A stretch of DNA of 64,000 bases. Origin: Promethearchaeota archaeon. GTDB taxonomy: Archaea; Asgardarchaeota; Lokiarchaeia; Sigyniarchaeales; SOKP01. Below the pieces are notes generated by a model, which ran no database searches, was not told the origin of the DNA, and saw nothing but the letters and a program-made list of their open reading frames with translations. Shown here in pieces: positions 61,383-64,000 of this stretch. The translations under genes were made by a program, and so were the position numbers. Positions within the stretch are counted from its first letter, which is position 1, and each line of letters begins with the position of its first letter. The DNA lies in assembly GCA_048937405.1 (NCBI GenBank), contig JBHLNF010000005.1, forward strand, positions 96,001-160,000, in the 5' to 3' direction.

Positions 61383-62090
61383 TTAAAAGTCGAAATTAAA
61401 TTTCTCCTCTCTTATCATGAATTCTATAAAATCAATATCAATTTGTCTATCAATATCTATCGATGTATCAGGCATCTCATAAATAAGGGTTTTTCCAGAT
61501 AAAACATAAGATGTTTCAAGTAAATAATTTCTTTTAAAAACCCAAATCGAAGCATTTAATGAATAAACTAAGGGAGCTTGTTGTCTAGCAACAATCGGTT
61601 TCTCTGGAATTTTACAAAGTACAGCATAACCATTTTCGTCTAATTCAACCATATTAAAATAAGGATTTCTTTCTGCTAAATACGCACTTGTAATTAGGTC
61701 TGCATCTGAATTTTCAAGGCGATTAAAACTAGTTTCAATATCTTTTATAGTTCTTAATGGAGAAGTAGCATCTAGATCGATAAGGTAATCATATCTTTTT
61801 TTTTCCTCGTTCTCACAAAATTTGAGAGCATGTCTTAAAACATCAAGCTTAGCCATCTCATCTGTAGCTAACTCTGCTGGTCTTAAAAAGGGGGTTTCTG
61901 CTCCATACTTACGAGCTATTTTTTGTAATTCTAAACTATCTGTTGAACATATAATTCGATCTGCTCTACCCCATGCTTTAAAAGCTTTAAATGTGTAAGA
62001 TAAAAGCGGTTTCCCATTAATTAATCTAAAATTCTTATTTTTTAAGCCTTTCGAACCGCCCCGAACACATACAGTTCCAAGAATTCTCAT
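61383..62090 (-). CDS. Acylneuraminate cytidylyltransferase, PtmB/LegF-like (second CMP-nonulosonate synthetase)
   Basis: CVRGGSKGLKNKN, CSTD, DLDATSPLR, RNPYFNMVE, RQQAP...NASI, DID. Confidence 0.9.
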   Translation of the reverse strand: MRILGTVCVRGGSKGLKNKNFRLINGKPLLSYTFKAFKAWGRADRIICSTDSLELQKIARKYGAETPFLRPAELATDEMAKLDVLRHALKFCENEEKKRYDYLIDLDATSPLRTIKDIETSFNRLENSDADLITSAYLAERNPYFNMVELDENGYAVLCKIPEKPIVARQQAPLVYSLNASIWVFKRNYLLETSYVLSGKTLIYEMPDTSIDIDRQIDIDFIEFMIREEKFNFDF

Positions 62091-62152
62091 TTTCTTTAAT
62101 TATTTTTTCTGTTTAATAATTTTAATTTTAAAATTTAATTTTTCACTTCAAA

Positions 62153-63118
62153 TTAATTAATTATGATTTTTTCTTTTCTCTTAAATTTAAGTATTTTTTC
62201 CAGTAATCCTCTCGCATCCTCAACATTAATAATCTCTTTTGATTGCTTTTCAATTCCTTCTAAAAAAAGTGCTAATTGTTCTTCAAAATAATCATTACGT
62301 TCAAAGTGAAAAGTTTCTTTTCTAACTTTTTGTTCGCTTATAAAACTAATTTCCTTTTTTATCATATCTGCCAAAATTTCTCTCTGAGGAGTGAGGAGAC
62401 GGACGAATCTTTGAGCTTTAAATCCAAAGTAGTCGAGATGAATTGTAGCATGCATATTATTCTCGAAATTAATAATTACATCACAAAAATCCTCAGAATC
62501 AATTTCAAGAGAACTTATTTTTCCATAGATCCCATTAATTGACTTTATTTTTCCAAAAAACCACTCATTAAAATCAAATTCATGAATAAGATCTAAAATG
62601 ACCCCTCCTCCTTGTGCATTTTTAGAACTATAAATTTCTCTATAGTCTCTTCCTGGTCGCCAATTAGGTAAGTAAGAACTGTTTAATGTCTGTGCATAAA
62701 ATATTTCATCTCTTATTTCATCAATAAGTTCTTTCATCCGTTTAATAATTGGATTATGCCTCATACTATAACCTACATGTACAATGGCACTTGATTTCTT
62801 TATTTCATTAAAAAAAATATCCAAATTATCTAAGGAATCTGATAAAGGTTTTTCAATAAAAAGATTTGTTATCCCAGCTTTAAGACAAATAATTGCTGTT
62901 TCAATATGAAAAGATGTTGGATTAGTAATAAATGCAATATCAGGTTTAACTTTTAATGCTTCTTCTAAATCATAAATATTGTGAATACCTGGAAATACAT
63001 CTTCTTTTCTTGTTCTATACGCATAGATCTCATGGTTATAGTTTTTCTTTAATAATTTCAAGTGTCTAGTACCAATGGACCCAAGACCAAAAAAGAGTAT
63101 TTTCATATTTTTTATCAT
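62153..63118 (-). CDS. Gfo/Idh/MocA oxidoreductase, PtmF-like
   Basis: GLGSIGTRH, FIEKP, SYLPNWRPGRDYR..YS...GGGVILDLIHEFD, SSLEIDSED. Confidence 0.88.
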   Translation of the reverse strand: MIKNMKILFFGLGSIGTRHLKLLKKNYNHEIYAYRTRKEDVFPGIHNIYDLEEALKVKPDIAFITNPTSFHIETAIICLKAGITNLFIEKPLSDSLDNLDIFFNEIKKSSAIVHVGYSMRHNPIIKRMKELIDEIRDEIFYAQTLNSSYLPNWRPGRDYREIYSSKNAQGGGVILDLIHEFDFNEWFFGKIKSINGIYGKISSLEIDSEDFCDVIINFENNMHATIHLDYFGFKAQRFVRLLTPQREILADMIKKEISFISEQKVRKETFHFERNDYFEEQLALFLEGIEKQSKEIINVEDARGLLEKILKFKRKEKIIIN

Positions 63119-63150
63119 TTACTTGTTATAATATCTCTTAATTGATATAA

Positions 63151-63999
63151 TTACTCTTTCTGTCCAATAAAAAGAATGCTTTCCGAAATTAGGTGCTTTT
63201 CTAATAATTTCTGATATTCCTTATTTACATTTGTAAACCATATATTAATTTCTTTTTTGATTTGTGAATCTAATCCCTCATCCTTAATTAAAATAGGTTC
63301 TGACCACCCCATCTCTATACTTTTTTGAGGTTTCTTTAAAAATATCCAATTAAAATGATTCATAAGATTATAACATTGGAATCCTTTTATATTTCCTTTA
63401 AATCCTGCTTTTTCCATAACCATAGTGAGTGTTTTAGGTGAAAAATTAAATAAATGTGGTTCACGAAACCAAAAATCTAAATAATTATCAATTTTATATC
63501 CCGATATCAAGATATCTTGAATATTCGGAACTTCTACGACCAAATAGCCATCATCTCTAAGATATTTCTTATAAATCTTTAATGATTTAATTGGATCCTC
63601 AAAATGTTCAAGGACTTGATATAAAGTTATCATGTCATAATAGGCTAAAGGGAGCCCTGTTTTTTCAATCGAAGTTGAATATGTCTTAATTCCTAATTCA
63701 TTTTGCGTAAAATCTGCATCTTTCTGATTATATTCAATTCCTACACACTCTTTAACATATTCTTTTATAGTATATAAAAAATGTCCTGTGGAGCAACCTA
63801 CATCCAAAATTTTAATTTCAGGATGCAGTAAATGTTTAATTTCTTCTACTCTTGCCATTTGATAGGGTAATAGAAGTTCAAACATTTCCTTACATTTTAA
63901 TGGTTCTCCTAATATTGGTTTATAATTCTTTCTATAATCAGCAGCATAATAATCTTCTAAATCTTCAGAAGTTGGTTTTAAATAGTTTAACCCACAGTT
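63151..63999 (-). CDS. Class I SAM-dependent methyltransferase; 5' end lies beyond the window
   Basis: ILDVGCSTG, GIE, YQVLEHFEDP, VEVPN, EPHLFNFS. The frame stays open to the window edge (NCGLNYLKPT...). Confidence 0.9.
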   Translation of the reverse strand, partial: NCGLNYLKPTSEDLEDYYAADYRKNYKPILGEPLKCKEMFELLLPYQMARVEEIKHLLHPEIKILDVGCSTGHFLYTIKEYVKECVGIEYNQKDADFTQNELGIKTYSTSIEKTGLPLAYYDMITLYQVLEHFEDPIKSLKIYKKYLRDDGYLVVEVPNIQDILISGYKIDNYLDFWFREPHLFNFSPKTLTMVMEKAGFKGNIKGFQCYNLMNHFNWIFLKKPQKSIEMGWSEPILIKDEGLDSQIKKEINIWFTNVNKEYQKLLEKHLISESILFIGQKE

Positions 64000-64000
64000 T

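Noticed and set aside
1754-62542. Short antisense or overlapping ORFs in the track (e.g. 1754, 3336, 3467, 6807, 9391, 9606, 16771, 22192, 22264, 22683, 25276, 29842, 35236, 37907, 39131, 42186, 43786, 46199, 48761, 48992, 49888, 50626, 57455, 62276)
   Set aside because: They lie within or across well-supported genes and show no motifs; treated as shadow ORFs.
1-64000. CRISPR arrays, tRNA/rRNA genes, transposases or integrases
   Set aside because: No regularly spaced repeats, GC-rich structured RNA segments or recombinase motifs were seen by eye; short elements could have been missed.

Overview
This is a very AT-rich archaeal window, most likely from an Asgard (Lokiarchaeia-like) genome. That assignment is an inference from the archaeal-type IleRS and a protein with four E2-like folds plus a RING domain. 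Layout: 1-7.2 kb is an operon coupling the non-oxidative pentose phosphate pathway (tkt, tal, rpe) to heptose synthesis (HddA-type kinase, gmhA, gmhB, a degenerate HldE-type kinase), plus two divergent NDP-sugar SDRs. IleRS lies at 7.3-10.4 kb. At 13.4-15.1 kb is a protein with four catalytically dead E2/UEV/RWD-like repeats and a C4HC3 RING, a FANCL/listerin-like architecture. From about 11 kb to the end runs a large mosaic surface-glycan island. It holds GT2 and GT4 transferases, three GT-C-like membrane proteins, an ABC-2 exporter, rmlA/C/D, methyl- and acetyltransferases and radical SAM enzymes. It also holds two ParB/Srx-methyltransferase fusions with reciprocal motif loss, and two convergent nonulosonic (sialic-like) acid operons with two candidate HP-motif transferases. 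At least four truncated or internally deleted gene relics are visible, and three genes appear to lack any canonical start codon. I recognised no tRNA, rRNA, CRISPR array or transposase. All family calls come from motif recognition by eye, without database searches.
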